Origin: Nocardioides sp.
GTDB lineage: Bacteria; Actinomycetota; Actinomycetes; Propionibacteriales; Nocardioidaceae
Reading direction: 5' to 3'
NCBI GenBank assembly: GCA_040512455.1
Contig: JBEVFC010000288.1
Span: 1-47,396 of the forward strand
Length of the DNA stretch: 47,396 nucleotides
Of the stretch, positions 35,822 through 45,891 are shown one piece after another. The notes below the pieces were generated by a model. It made no database searches. It was not told the DNA's origin and saw only the letters and a list, made by a program, of their open reading frames with translations. Numbering within the stretch: position 1 is the first letter of the stretch; the number at the start of each line of letters is the position of its first letter. The position numbers and the translations under genes are program-made.

Positions 35822-36735
35822 GGCAGCGCCTCCGCCGGGTCGGGGGTGTCGGTGTCGAAGAGGCGGTCGGCGTCGAGGACGCCGAGGATGCTCGCGACGA
35901 GCGGTGAGGCGTCCTCGGTGCGCCAGGCGAGGGCGAGGTCGGTGGTGGCGGCATCGGGCACCTCGCGGAAGACCACGCCGCGCAGCGGTGAGGCCTGGAC
36001 GGACTCGGGGGCCAGGGCGACACCGAGGCCCGCGGCCACGAGGGCGAGCAGCACGGCGGTCCCGGGCGCCTCGTGCTCCCGGTGCGGGATGAAGCCCGCG
36101 TCCCGGCAGCTGCGGAGCACGGCCTCGTTCACGGCCGAGTGGCTGTCGGCGTACATCACGAACGGCTCGACCCGCAGGTCGGACATCGCCAGGCCGGGCT
36201 CGTCGACCAGCCGGTGGTCGGCAGGCAGGACGGCGACGAGGCGCTCGCGGGTGATGGTCCGGGTGGTGATGCCGTCCCGCCCGACCGGAGGGCGCAGCAC
36301 CCCGAGGTCGAGGTGCCCGTCGTCGAGGCCGTCGAGCTGGGCGGGGGTCAGCAGGTCCGCGTGGATCTCCAGCGCGACGCCGGGCAGCTCGGCCTTGATC
36401 AGCCGCGCGATCCGGGGGAGCCACGTGTTGGCGGCGGTGCCGGTGAAGGCGATCCGGACCAGACCCTGCTTGCCGTCGGCGATCCGGCGTACGCCGCGTG
36501 CGCTGTCGTCGACCGCGGCCAGCACGCGCCGCGCCTCGCGGTGGAGGAACTCGCCGGCCGGGGTCAGCTGCACCTGGCGGGTGGTCCGGGTGAACAGCGA
36601 GACGCCGAGCTCGGCCTCGAGCTGGCGCACGGACTGGGAGAGCGCGGGCTGGGCGAGGTGCAACCGCTCGGCGGCCCGTCCGAAGTGCCGGGTCTCGGCC
36701 ACGGCGGCGAAGTAGCGCAGGTGGCGCAGCTCCAT
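35818..36735 (-). CDS. LysR family regulator (CatR/BenM-like)
   Basis: MELRHLRYF...HFGRAAERLHLAQPALSQ. Divergent from benA. ATGA overlap with catB. Confidence 0.93.
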   Translation of the reverse strand: MELRHLRYFAAVAETRHFGRAAERLHLAQPALSQSVRQLEAELGVSLFTRTTRQVQLTPAGEFLHREARRVLAAVDDSARGVRRIADGKQGLVRIAFTGTAANTWLPRIARLIKAELPGVALEIHADLLTPAQLDGLDDGHLDLGVLRPPVGRDGITTRTITRERLVAVLPADHRLVDEPGLAMSDLRVEPFVMYADSHSAVNEAVLRSCRDAGFIPHREHEAPGTAVLLALVAAGLGVALAPESVQASPLRGVVFREVPDAATTDLALAWRTEDASPLVASILGVLDADRLFDTDTPDPAEALP

Positions 36736-36793
36736 GCCTTCCTCCTCCTGGGTGTGCCGCCGGTCACTCCCGGCTGCATTCATCGACGGTAAG

Positions 36794-36807
36794 TCTGAAT
36801 ATTCAGA
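36794..36807. promoter_or_regulatory. AT-rich perfect palindrome in the LysR/benA divergent promoter
   Basis: TCTGAATATTCAGA within an AT-rich intergenic patch. Confidence 0.5.
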
Positions 36808-36953
36808 GAACACAAGGACGAAAAAGCGGCCCATTGATAAGCGGCAGTGATGAAAGCCCCCCTGGGTCGGGCCTAGGCATTCGCCCCGTGTGACCGGCGC
36901 CACGCCGTGCGACGGTCGGTGGAACCCGCAGCAACCCGACCCGGGAGGAACCC

Positions 36954-38309
36954 ATGACCGAGACCCTGGCTCACGTGCAGTCGGTGCTCGCCGACGCCGT
37001 CGTCGACGACCCCGCCACCGGCGTCTACCGCGCGAACCGGCGCATCTTCACCGACGAGGAGATCTTCGAGCTCGAGATCAAGCACATCTTCGAGGGCAAC
37101 TGGATCTACCTCGCCCACGAGAGCCAGGTGCCGGACCCGGGGGACTACTTCACCACCTACATGGGCCGGCAGCCGGTGGTCATCACCCGCGACAAGGACG
37201 GCGAGCTCCACCTCCTGATCAACGCGTGCGCGCACCGCGGCGCGATGATCTGCTGCCGCAAGACCGACAACCGCACCACCCTGACCTGCCCCTTCCACGG
37301 CTGGACGTTCCGGAACGACGGCACCCTGCTGAAGGTCAAGGACCCCGACGGCGCCGGCTACCCCCCGAACTTCGACACCGAGGGCTCGCACAACATGACC
37401 AAGGTCGCGCGGTTCGACAGCTACCGCGGGTTCCTCTTCGGGAGCCTCAACCCCGACGTCAGCTCGCTCGAGGAGCACCTCGGGGACACCACGACGGTCA
37501 TCGACATGCTGGTCGACCAGTCGCCCGACGGCCTCGAGGTGCTGCGCGGCTCCTCGACGTACACCTATGACGGCAACTGGAAGGTCCAGGCGGAGAACGG
37601 CGCCGACGGCTATCACGTCACCGCCACGCACTGGAACTACGCGGCCACCACCTCGCGGCGCGACAGCGGGGAGTCGAAGAACCAGACGAAGACCCTGGAT
37701 GCCGGCAGCTGGGGCAAGTCGGGCGGCGGCTACTGGTCCTACCCGAACGGTCACCTGTGCCTGTGGACCTGGGCCGGCAACCCGCAGGACCGCCCGCTCT
37801 GGGACCGGATGGACGAGCTGAAGGAGAGGTTCGGCGACGCCAAGGGCGAGTTCATGGTCAAGGGCTCCCGCAACCTGTGCCTCTACCCGAACGTCTACCT
37901 GATGGACCAGTTCTCCACGCAGATCCGGCACTTCCGCCCCATCGCCCCTGACCAGACCGAGGTCACCATCTACTGCATCGCCCCCAAGGGCGAGAGTGCC
38001 GACGCGCGGGCCTGGCGGATCCGGCAGTACGAGGACTTCTTCAACGCCTCCGGCATGGCCACCCCGGACGACCTGGAGGAGTTCCGCTCCTGCCAGCTCA
38101 CCTTCCGGGCCACCGCGGCCCCCTGGAACGACATGAGCCGGGGCGCGCAGCACTGGCTCAGCGGACCCGACGAGGTCGCCGAGTCGCTGGGCATGACCGG
38201 CGTCATCTCCGCCGGCCTCAAGAACGAGGACGAGGGTCTCTACCCCGTCCAGCACGGCTACTGGCTGGAGACCATGCGCACCGCCGTCGCGAAGGAGGAG
38301 CAGCAGTGA
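36954..38309 (+). CDS. benA: benzoate 1,2-dioxygenase alpha subunit
   Basis: Rieske CAHRG...[42 protein letters not shown]. Confidence 0.96.
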   Translation: MTETLAHVQSVLADAVVDDPATGVYRANRRIFTDEEIFELEIKHIFEGNWIYLAHESQVPDPGDYFTTYMGRQPVVITRDKDGELHLLINACAHRGAMICCRKTDNRTTLTCPFHGWTFRNDGTLLKVKDPDGAGYPPNFDTEGSHNMTKVARFDSYRGFLFGSLNPDVSSLEEHLGDTTTVIDMLVDQSPDGLEVLRGSSTYTYDGNWKVQAENGADGYHVTATHWNYAATTSRRDSGESKNQTKTLDAGSWGKSGGGYWSYPNGHLCLWTWAGNPQDRPLWDRMDELKERFGDAKGEFMVKGSRNLCLYPNVYLMDQFSTQIRHFRPIAPDQTEVTIYCIAPKGESADARAWRIRQYEDFFNASGMATPDDLEEFRSCQLTFRATAAPWNDMSRGAQHWLSGPDEVAESLGMTGVISAGLKNEDEGLYPVQHGYWLETMRTAVAKEEQQ

Positions 38310-38833
38310 CCACGACCGAGACCCCCCCGGACCAGGGCGCGAGGCTGATCACCCAGAACGCCATCGAGCAGTTCCTCTACCGCGAGGCGCGCCATCTCGA
38401 CGACCGCGAGTTCGAGCAGTGGCTGGAGTGCTACGCCGACGACTGCGAGTACTGGATGCCCTCGTGGGGGGACGACGACCAGCTCACCGAGGACCCGCTC
38501 ACCGACATCTCGCTGATCTACTACGCCAACAAGGGCGGCCTCGAGGACCGGGTCTTCCGGATCCGCACCGAGCGCTCCAGCGCCACGTCTATCCCGGAGC
38601 CGCGGACCAGCCACAACATCAGCAACGTAGAGGTCGTCGAGCGGCGCGGTGACATCGTCGACGTCCGCTTCAACTGGCACACGATGTACTTCCGCTACAA
38701 GACCATCGACCCGTACTACGGCACGTCGTTCTACACGATCGACTTCTCCGGCGCGTCGCCCCTCATCCGTCGCAAGACCGTGGTGCTGAAGAACGACTAC
38801 ATCCACCACGTCGTCGACGTGTACCACTTCTGA
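38306..38833 (+). CDS. benB: benzoate 1,2-dioxygenase beta subunit
   Basis: [17 protein letters not shown]...[19 protein letters not shown]. Confidence 0.96.
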   Translation: MTTTETPPDQGARLITQNAIEQFLYREARHLDDREFEQWLECYADDCEYWMPSWGDDDQLTEDPLTDISLIYYANKGGLEDRVFRIRTERSSATSIPEPRTSHNISNVEVVERRGDIVDVRFNWHTMYFRYKTIDPYYGTSFYTIDFSGASPLIRRKTVVLKNDYIHHVVDVYHF

Positions 38834-38846
38834 GACGGGGACTGCC

Positions 38847-41420
38847 ATGAGCAACCAGGTCGCCCTGACGTTCGAGGACGGGGTCACGCGCTTCATCCGG
38901 TGCGCCCCCGACCAGACCGTCGCCGACGCGTCGTACCGCGCCCGGATCAACATCCCGCTCGACTGCCGCGACGGGGCCTGCGGGACCTGCAAGGCGTTCT
39001 GCGAGTCCGGCGAGTACGACGGCGGCACCTACATCGAGGACGCCCTGTCCGCCGACGAGGCCGCAGCCGGGTACGTGCTGCCGTGCAGCATGAAGCCCCG
39101 GTCGGACCTGGTGCTCCAGATCGCCAGCACGTCGGCGGTCGCCAAGACCCGGGCCGCGACGTACGCCGCGGTCGTCACCGGGCTCGACCGGCTCTCCCCG
39201 ACCACGATGGAGCTGAAGCTCGAGACCGATGCGCGGGCGGACCTCGCCTTCCTGGCCGGGCAGTACGTGAACATCGCCGTGCCGGGCACCGACCAGACCC
39301 GGTCCTACTCGTTCAGCAACGCCCCCGACGACAAGATGCTGAGCTTCCTGGTCAAGCTGACGCCCGGCGGGGTGATGTCGACGTACCTCGACGAGCGGGC
39401 CGCGGTGGGGGACGAGCTCACGTTCACGGGTCCCAACGGCAGCTTCTTCGTCCGGGAGACCGAGCGACCCGTCCTGCTGCTTGCTGGTGGCACCGGTCTG
39501 GCGCCGATCCTGGCGATCCTCCGCAAGCTGCGTGACGAGGGCGCCACCCGCCCGGTGCACCTCGTCTACGGAGCGAGCACCGACGACGACGTGGTCAAGC
39601 TCGACGAGGTCGCCGAGCTGGCGGCCGTGCTGCCGTCGTTCACCTGGGAGCTCGTCGTGTCCGACCCGGGCAGCACGGCCGTCAACAAGGGCTACGTGAT
39701 GAGCCTGATCCGAGACGAGCACCTGTACGGCGGCGATGTTGCGGTCTACCTGTGCGGCCCGCCGCCGATGGTGGAGGCGGTCCGCTCGCACTTCGCGGAC
39801 AGTGGCGTGGAGGTGACCGGCTTCTACTACGAGAAGTTCGCCCTCTCCGGCACGTCCCCGGCGGCCGAGGCTCCCGCCGCGCCCCCGGTCGAGACGCCCG
39901 CCGCACCCGCGGTCGAGGCGCCGCCCGTGGAGACGCCCGTCGAGACGCGTGCGGCGGCCGGTGTCCCGGTCCAGCGTCCCGAAACGCTGCTCGATCCCGA
40001 CGAGGACGAGGCGCTGGTCGAGGGGGCCGGGCGTGCGATCGCCGGCCGGGAGGTCTTCGTCGGACGTGTGGTCGAGCCACTGGCGCCGCCGACGCCCACC
40101 CCGGCGCCGGTCGAGGTTCGCGGACCGGTCGGGCACGTCGCGGCTTCCGGTGCCTACGAGATCGGCGAGGAGCACCCGTCGGTGCACCAGTCCGACGCCA
40201 TCTTCGAGGCCCGTCAGGCCCTCGAGCTCGGCGCTCTCGAGCTCGTGCTCGGCCGGCTCACCTCGCAGCAGGTCGCCGGCTACCGGCTGCTCGCCGAGTC
40301 GACCGTGCCGTACGTCGAGGGCGACCACTTCGTCGACGCCGCGGCGTACACGGAGACCAACGCCGCCTTCCACGACTACCTGTTCACGCTCACCGGCAAC
40401 GAGCACCTGCTGCAGGCCTACCAGGCCCTCGGCGTGCGGGGGCACATGGAGGAGGTGCTGCGCCATGCATCGTGGTGCGACCCCCGCTGCGCCCAGGACC
40501 ACCTCGACATCGTCGACGCCATCGAGTCCGGCGACCGCCAGGCCGCCCGCTCGCTCGTCGCGGAGCACGCCCACCGCTCGAAGGTGACCATGCGCCGGGC
40601 GATGGCCGACGCCAGCGCGCGTTCGCTGCCCGGTTTCGTCACCCCCGGCCGGTTCGACGGCCAGGTGGTCCTGGTGACCGGGGCGGCCCAGGGCATCGGC
40701 GAGCGCACCGCCCGCCGGATCAGCGCCGAGGGCGGCACGCTCGTGCTCGCCGACCGCTCCGACCTGGTGCACGGACTGGCCGCCGAGCTGGCGGCGACCG
40801 GGCGTCGCGCCCAACCGGTGGTGGCCGACCTGGAGACCTGGGAGGGGGCGTCCGCCGTTGTCGAGGCTGCCATCGCGGCGTACGGACGGGTCGACGTCGC
40901 CATCCACACCGTCGGCGGCACCATCTGGGCCAAGCCCTTCCACCGCTACCCGCCCGAGCAGATCCAGGCCGAGATCAACCGGTCCCTGTTCCCGACGCTC
41001 TGGTCGTGCCGCGCCGTCGCCGCGCACATGGCCGAGCGGGGCCGGGGCACCATCGTCAACGTTTCGTCGGTCGCCACGCGTGGCCTCCACCGGGTGCCGT
41101 ACGCCGCGGCCAAGGGCGGGGTCAACGCGATCACCACCTCCCTGGCGCTCGAGCTGGCGCCGTACGGCGTCCGCGTCGTGGCCACCGCACCCGGCGGCAC
41201 GGACGCGCCCGAGCGCCGGATTCCGCGGGGACCGGCGCCGGAGTCCGAGGAGGAGCAGGAGTGGTACCGGACCATCGTCGACCAGACCGTGGACTCCTCC
41301 CTCATGAAGCGCTACGGAACGCTCGACGAGCAGGCCGCGGCGATCACCTTTCTCGCCTCCGCCGAAGCCTCCTACATCACCGGCACGGTCCTGCCCGTCG
41401 CCGGCGGTGACCTGGGCTGA
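38847..41420 (+). CDS. benC: fusion: benzoate dioxygenase reductase BenC + FCD domain + cis-diol dehydrogenase BenD
   Basis: CRDGACGTC [2Fe-2S], RSYS, AGGTGLAP, YLCGPP, EKF; Pro/Ala linker; FCD-like segment (FEARQALE...NAAFH...DH...EH); SDR TGAAQGIG, VGGTIWAKP, YAAAK. One uninterrupted frame. Confidence 0.92.
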   Translation: MSNQVALTFEDGVTRFIRCAPDQTVADASYRARINIPLDCRDGACGTCKAFCESGEYDGGTYIEDALSADEAAAGYVLPCSMKPRSDLVLQIASTSAVAKTRAATYAAVVTGLDRLSPTTMELKLETDARADLAFLAGQYVNIAVPGTDQTRSYSFSNAPDDKMLSFLVKLTPGGVMSTYLDERAAVGDELTFTGPNGSFFVRETERPVLLLAGGTGLAPILAILRKLRDEGATRPVHLVYGASTDDDVVKLDEVAELAAVLPSFTWELVVSDPGSTAVNKGYVMSLIRDEHLYGGDVAVYLCGPPPMVEAVRSHFADSGVEVTGFYYEKFALSGTSPAAEAPAAPPVETPAAPAVEAPPVETPVETRAAAGVPVQRPETLLDPDEDEALVEGAGRAIAGREVFVGRVVEPLAPPTPTPAPVEVRGPVGHVAASGAYEIGEEHPSVHQSDAIFEARQALELGALELVLGRLTSQQVAGYRLLAESTVPYVEGDHFVDAAAYTETNAAFHDYLFTLTGNEHLLQAYQALGVRGHMEEVLRHASWCDPRCAQDHLDIVDAIESGDRQAARSLVAEHAHRSKVTMRRAMADASARSLPGFVTPGRFDGQVVLVTGAAQGIGERTARRISAEGGTLVLADRSDLVHGLAAELAATGRRAQPVVADLETWEGASAVVEAAIAAYGRVDVAIHTVGGTIWAKPFHRYPPEQIQAEINRSLFPTLWSCRAVAAHMAERGRGTIVNVSSVATRGLHRVPYAAAKGGVNAITTSLALELAPYGVRVVATAPGGTDAPERRIPRGPAPESEEEQEWYRTIVDQTVDSSLMKRYGTLDEQAAAITFLASAEASYITGTVLPVAGGDLG

Positions 41421-41682
41421 GGGTCGCGCCGTGATCGTGTGCCACTGCCGCGTGGTGTCCTCGGGCGCCGTCGACGCCGCCGTCGCGGGGGGCGCGGCGA
41501 CCCTCGCCAAGGTGTGCCAGGCGACCGGCGCCGGCCGCGACTGCGGGTCCTGCGTCCTCGCGGTCAAGGAGCTGATCGTGGCGCGGCGCGCCACGCTCGC
41601 GACCACCGCCCTCCCCACCTCCACGGAGGTCCCGCACATCCCCGGCACGGTGCTCGCCGTCGTCGGCGGTGACCCGGGCTGA
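41374..41682 (+). repeat. diverged 47-bp direct repeat (benD 3' end and bfd 3' end)
   Basis: 41374-41420 vs 41636-41682, 41/47 identical by manual alignment. Both copies end in the stop codon. Confidence 0.8.
41431..41682 (+). CDS. BFD-like [2Fe-2S]-binding protein
   Basis: MIVCHC...GAGRDCGSC. Confidence 0.82.
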   Translation: MIVCHCRVVSSGAVDAAVAGGAATLAKVCQATGAGRDCGSCVLAVKELIVARRATLATTALPTSTEVPHIPGTVLAVVGGDPG

Positions 41683-41729
41683 CACCGACGTCGCCTGTCC
41701 ATCCCTCACTCACACCCTTCGGAGTCGCT

Positions 41730-43079
41730 ATGTCCGACCTGTCCGAGAACACCCCTGCCCTGGAAGCCCGGCGCCGCCGAAGCATCTTCTGGGTCGTCGC
41801 CCTGTCGACGGCCGCGCTCGTCTTCGATGGCTACGACCTCGTCGTCTACGGCACCGTCGTGCCCACCCTGCTCGCCGACCCGACCCAGCTCGGTGCGATC
41901 TCGCCCGAACGGGCCGGCACCCTCGGCAGCTATGCCCTGCTCGGCGTCCTCGTCGGTGCCCTCGCGGCCGGTGTGGTCGGGGACCGGATCGGCCGCCGCA
42001 AGGTGATGCTGGTCAACCTCGCCTGGTTCTCCGTCGGCATGGCGGTCACCGCCACCACCGAGTCCGTCCAGACGTTCGGCCTGTTCCGGTTCCTCACCGG
42101 GATCGGCGTCGGGGCCCTGGTGGCGACCGTCGGCGCCCTGGTCGCCGAGTTCGCGCCGGCCGGGCAGCGCAACCGCTACAACGCGATCGTCTACAGCGGC
42201 ATCCCCGCCGGAGGCGTGCTCGCCGCCCTGGTCGCCCTCGGCTTCGCCGACACGATCGGCTGGCGCGGCCTGTTCTGGGTCGGCGCCCTGCCCATCGTCG
42301 TCGTGCTCCCGCTGGCCGTCCGGTACCTGCCGGAGTCCCCGAAGTGGCTGGTCGCGCGTGGCCGCCTCGAGGAGGCACAGCGGGTGTCCCAACGGACCGG
42401 CATTCCCGTGCCGGTCGCCGAGCCCACCCAGGACCGGGTCGGGTTCCCCGCCCTTGCGACGCGCGAGTACGCCGGCCCCACCCTGCTGCTCGGCCTGATG
42501 AGCTTCGCCGGCCTGCTGCTCACCTACGGGCTCAACACCTGGCTGCCGCAGATCATGGGGGAGCAGGGGTACGGCAAGGGCTACGCGCTGGCCTTCCTGC
42601 TGGTGCTCAACCTGGGCGCGATCGCCGGAGGCCTGGCAGCGTCGTACGTCGCGGACCGGGTCGGCGCCCGCCGGGTCGTGGTGACCACGTTCGTCCTGGC
42701 CGCGATCACGCTCAGCCTGCTGCCACTGCACCTGCCGTTCGGGCTGCTGCTCGCTGCGGTCGCGGTGGCCGGCCTCGGCACCATCGGCACGCAGGTGCTG
42801 ATCTACGGCCTGGTGTCCAACTACTACCCGACGACCGCGCGGGCGGCAGGCGTCGCGTGGTGTGCCGGGTTCGGCCGCCTCGGCGGCATCGTCGGCCCGA
42901 TCATCGGCGGGGTGCTGGTCGGTGCCGGTGTGGCCGGCACGACCGCGTTCTACCTCTTCGCCGGAATCTCGCTCGCCGGCGCCGCCGTGACCAGCCTGGT
43001 CCCGCGGCCCCGGAGCCTCGCGGTCGCCGGTCAGGACAGCGGCGCGCTCGTCGTCGGGCGGTCTACCGTGAGCGCGTGA
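41730..43079 (+). CDS. benK: aromatic acid:H+ symporter (MFS), benzoate transporter
   Basis: FDGYDLVVYG, GDRIGRRK, LPESP, WLPQIM, 12 TM helices. Located in the ben cluster. Confidence 0.88.
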   Translation: MSDLSENTPALEARRRRSIFWVVALSTAALVFDGYDLVVYGTVVPTLLADPTQLGAISPERAGTLGSYALLGVLVGALAAGVVGDRIGRRKVMLVNLAWFSVGMAVTATTESVQTFGLFRFLTGIGVGALVATVGALVAEFAPAGQRNRYNAIVYSGIPAGGVLAALVALGFADTIGWRGLFWVGALPIVVVLPLAVRYLPESPKWLVARGRLEEAQRVSQRTGIPVPVAEPTQDRVGFPALATREYAGPTLLLGLMSFAGLLLTYGLNTWLPQIMGEQGYGKGYALAFLLVLNLGAIAGGLAASYVADRVGARRVVVTTFVLAAITLSLLPLHLPFGLLLAAVAVAGLGTIGTQVLIYGLVSNYYPTTARAAGVAWCAGFGRLGGIVGPIIGGVLVGAGVAGTTAFYLFAGISLAGAAVTSLVPRPRSLAVAGQDSGALVVGRSTVSA

Positions 43080-45754
43080 GTCCCGCGCCCCTCGTCGCCC
43101 GCGACGACCTGGTGGCGGACCTCCGAGCACGCGTGCTCCGGGTCCGCCACCAGGGACCGTCCGTGCTCGTGGTGGCCGGCGCGGCCGGGGTCGGCACCTC
43201 CGCACTCGTGGACGAGATCGCCGACGGGCACCGCGGACCGACCCTCCGCGCGCGCGGGGCCGCCTGGGAGACGGGGCACCCGTACGGCGTGCTGTCCCAG
43301 CTGCTGGGCACATCCGTCGACGCGGCCGACCCCGTCGCCGCAGCCGCCGTACTCCTTGACGCACTGGCGGCGGACACCACCACGCTGGTCGTCGTCGACG
43401 ACGCGACGTGGAGCGATGGCGAGTCCCTGCAGGCGCTGTCCTCCGCGGCCCACCACCACCGGGACGTCGCGTTCCTCGTGCTGCTGGTCGCCCGGTCGGG
43501 AGACCCGACGGTCCCGCCGGCCACGCTCCGGCTGCTCTCGGGGTACGAGCGGCTCGTCGTACCTCCGCTGGACGCGCCCGGAGTACGTCGGCTGGCGGCG
43601 GCCCGGGGGGTCCACCTGCACCCGTCGCTCGCCGACCGGTTGTGCCGGCACACCGGCGGGCTTCCGGCGCACGTCGTGGCACTGCTCGAGGAGCTGCCCG
43701 CGGAGACGTGGGACGAGTTCGACCCGGAGCTGCCGGCACCGTCCGGGGTCGCTGCCGAGGTGGTGGAACGGCTGGCAGCCGTGAGTCCCGACACCCGCGC
43801 TCTCGTGGAGGCGGTCGCCGTGCTGGGGACGGCCGCCACCCTGGCCGAGGCGGCCGCCGTGGCCGGACTGGATGAGCCGCTCGCCGCGCTCGACGAGGCC
43901 GTCCGGGCCGGCCTGGTGCATGCGGTGGAGCGGCGTGGCGCCAGCCTCGTCGAGCCGGCCGACCCGATGCTGGCCGCCGCGGTCCTCGCCAGCCTGGGCA
44001 ACGTCTGTCGGGCGGCCGTGCACACCCGCGCGGCCGAGGTGGTGTCGGACCCGGCGCGGCGGCTCGGGCACCGGGTCGCCGCGAGCCCGCTCCCGGACCC
44101 GTTGCTCGCCGACGCGCTGGAGGAGCTGGCGGGCGAGCGGGCCGGCTCCGGCGCGTGGGGCGCGGTGGCGGGGCTGCTGGCCCAGGCGAGCCGGCTGACC
44201 GACGACCGTCGGCGACGGGAGGACCTGCTGGCCCGGGCGGCGGACGCGCTGGTCGGGGCCGGTGACGCGCTCGGTGCCGCGGCTCTGCTGCCGGAGCTCG
44301 AGAGCCTGCGGGAGACCCCGCTGCGCAATGCCGTCCTGGGCTACCTCGCCGTGGTTCGCGGTCGCCCGTCCGAGGCGGAGGCCCGACTGCGGCGGGCCTG
44401 GGACATCGTCAACGTCGAGCGTGACCCGGAGGCCGCCGCGACCGTCTGCCAGCGGTGGGTGCTGCACGGGCTGGGCCGGTGCCGCGGCGACGACGTGGTC
44501 GAGTGGGCGGACCGGGCGATCTCGCTGGCATCGCCGGACTCGCCGGCCGCGGTCGAGGCGGCGGCGATCCGCGGGCTGGGCGTGGCCGCGGCGGGCCGGC
44601 CTCGGGAGGCCCTGGAGGGGTATGCCCGGCTGGCCGAGGAGGTCGGGCACGGGGCGCAGGCCCAGCGGATCGCGATGGGCTGGGGGTGGCTGCTCCTCGC
44701 CGAGGACGATCTCGACGCGGCGACCGCGGCCCTGGAGTCGGCGGTACCCACGGACTTCCTCGGCGGCTCGACCCGGATCTCGCTGTGGGCGAGGGCCTGG
44801 CTGGCCCGTGCGCAGTTTCAGGCGGGCCTCTGGGACGAGGCGCTGCGGACCGCACAGGAGGGGCTCGACCTCGTCGAACGGTCGGGCATGCGGCTGGTCG
44901 GGCCGCTCCTCGGCTGGACCCAGGCCCAGGTCCTCGTCCTGCGTGGGGACGACGACGCCGCGTCCGAGGTGCTGCGCACGGTCGCCGAGGCGGGACCGCG
45001 TGACTACGAGATCATGCGCGTGCCCGCCTGCCTCGCACGGGCGGCGTACGCCGAGGCCCATGCCGACTACGCCGGCGTGGTGCGCGCCCTCTCCCCGCTG
45101 CGGCAGCCCTGGGCTCACGGGTCGGTCGACGAGCCCGGCGCCTGGCCCTGGCCCGACGTGCTCGCCAACGCGCTCGTCGTCGAGGGCCGGCTGGAGGAGG
45201 CCGACCGGGTGCTCCTGCCGCACGAGCAGCTGGCCCGTGACCGCGGCCACCGGTCGGCCCAGGCCCGGCTGGGCTACGCGCGCGGCCGCCTCCAGGGCGC
45301 GCAGGGCGACATCGACGCAGCCCGGGCGACCTTCGGTGAGTCCCTCCGCCTGCTGGAGGACCTGCCGCTCCGCTACGACCGGGCCAGGGTCAATTTCGCC
45401 TTCGGCCAGACCCTCCGCCGAGCGGGCAAGAGGCTCGAGGCGGACGCCGTGCTGTCCGCGGCGCGCGACCTCTACGCGTCGATGGGAGCGACGACGTACG
45501 TGCTCCGCTGCGAGCGCGAGCTCAAGGCCGGCGGCGTGCACGCCGTCCGTGTCGACCGCGGAGTGGACGAGCTGACGCCACAGGAGGAGGCGGTCGCCGC
45601 CCTGGTGGCGCAGGGCCGCACCAACCGGCAGGTGGCCGCCGAGCTGTTCCTGTCGACCAAGACAGTCCAGTACCACCTGACCCGGACCTACGCGAAGCTC
45701 GGCATCCGGTCCCGCAGCGAGCTCGCCGCGCTGCGCGCCACCACGGACGGCTGA
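43076..45754 (+). CDS. large AAA-LuxR transcriptional regulator (BenR-like by context)
   Basis: GAAGVGTS P-loop remnant, VVVDDA, TGGLP, C-terminal HTH LTPQEEAVA...STKTVQYHL. GTGA overlap with benK. Confidence 0.88.
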   Translation: MSPAPLVARDDLVADLRARVLRVRHQGPSVLVVAGAAGVGTSALVDEIADGHRGPTLRARGAAWETGHPYGVLSQLLGTSVDAADPVAAAAVLLDALAADTTTLVVVDDATWSDGESLQALSSAAHHHRDVAFLVLLVARSGDPTVPPATLRLLSGYERLVVPPLDAPGVRRLAAARGVHLHPSLADRLCRHTGGLPAHVVALLEELPAETWDEFDPELPAPSGVAAEVVERLAAVSPDTRALVEAVAVLGTAATLAEAAAVAGLDEPLAALDEAVRAGLVHAVERRGASLVEPADPMLAAAVLASLGNVCRAAVHTRAAEVVSDPARRLGHRVAASPLPDPLLADALEELAGERAGSGAWGAVAGLLAQASRLTDDRRRREDLLARAADALVGAGDALGAAALLPELESLRETPLRNAVLGYLAVVRGRPSEAEARLRRAWDIVNVERDPEAAATVCQRWVLHGLGRCRGDDVVEWADRAISLASPDSPAAVEAAAIRGLGVAAAGRPREALEGYARLAEEVGHGAQAQRIAMGWGWLLLAEDDLDAATAALESAVPTDFLGGSTRISLWARAWLARAQFQAGLWDEALRTAQEGLDLVERSGMRLVGPLLGWTQAQVLVLRGDDDAASEVLRTVAEAGPRDYEIMRVPACLARAAYAEAHADYAGVVRALSPLRQPWAHGSVDEPGAWPWPDVLANALVVEGRLEEADRVLLPHEQLARDRGHRSAQARLGYARGRLQGAQGDIDAARATFGESLRLLEDLPLRYDRARVNFAFGQTLRRAGKRLEADAVLSAARDLYASMGATTYVLRCERELKAGGVHAVRVDRGVDELTPQEEAVAALVAQGRTNRQVAAELFLSTKTVQYHLTRTYAKLGIRSRSELAALRATTDG

Positions 45755-45891
45755 CGCGACCCGGCTCACCGGGCCATTCGCCTGCGCGATCGCGGTGAGG
45801 TCGGACACAGTGGCGTCATGAGGCATCGGGCGAACCGTCCGCTCCTTGTCGGACGGTTGACGCTCACGATCAAGAATCAGGATGGACATAC

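Noticed and set aside
41669-43075. Apparent 1361-aa giant LuxR protein
   Set aside because: The N-terminal extension is an off-frame reading of benK. The real start is most likely GTG 43076.
45765-45800. Further TCACC...GGTGA-like sequence upstream of the excalibur gene
   Set aside because: The spacing is not N7 and there is no -10 at 22-23 nt. It is better explained as a hairpin after the LuxR gene.
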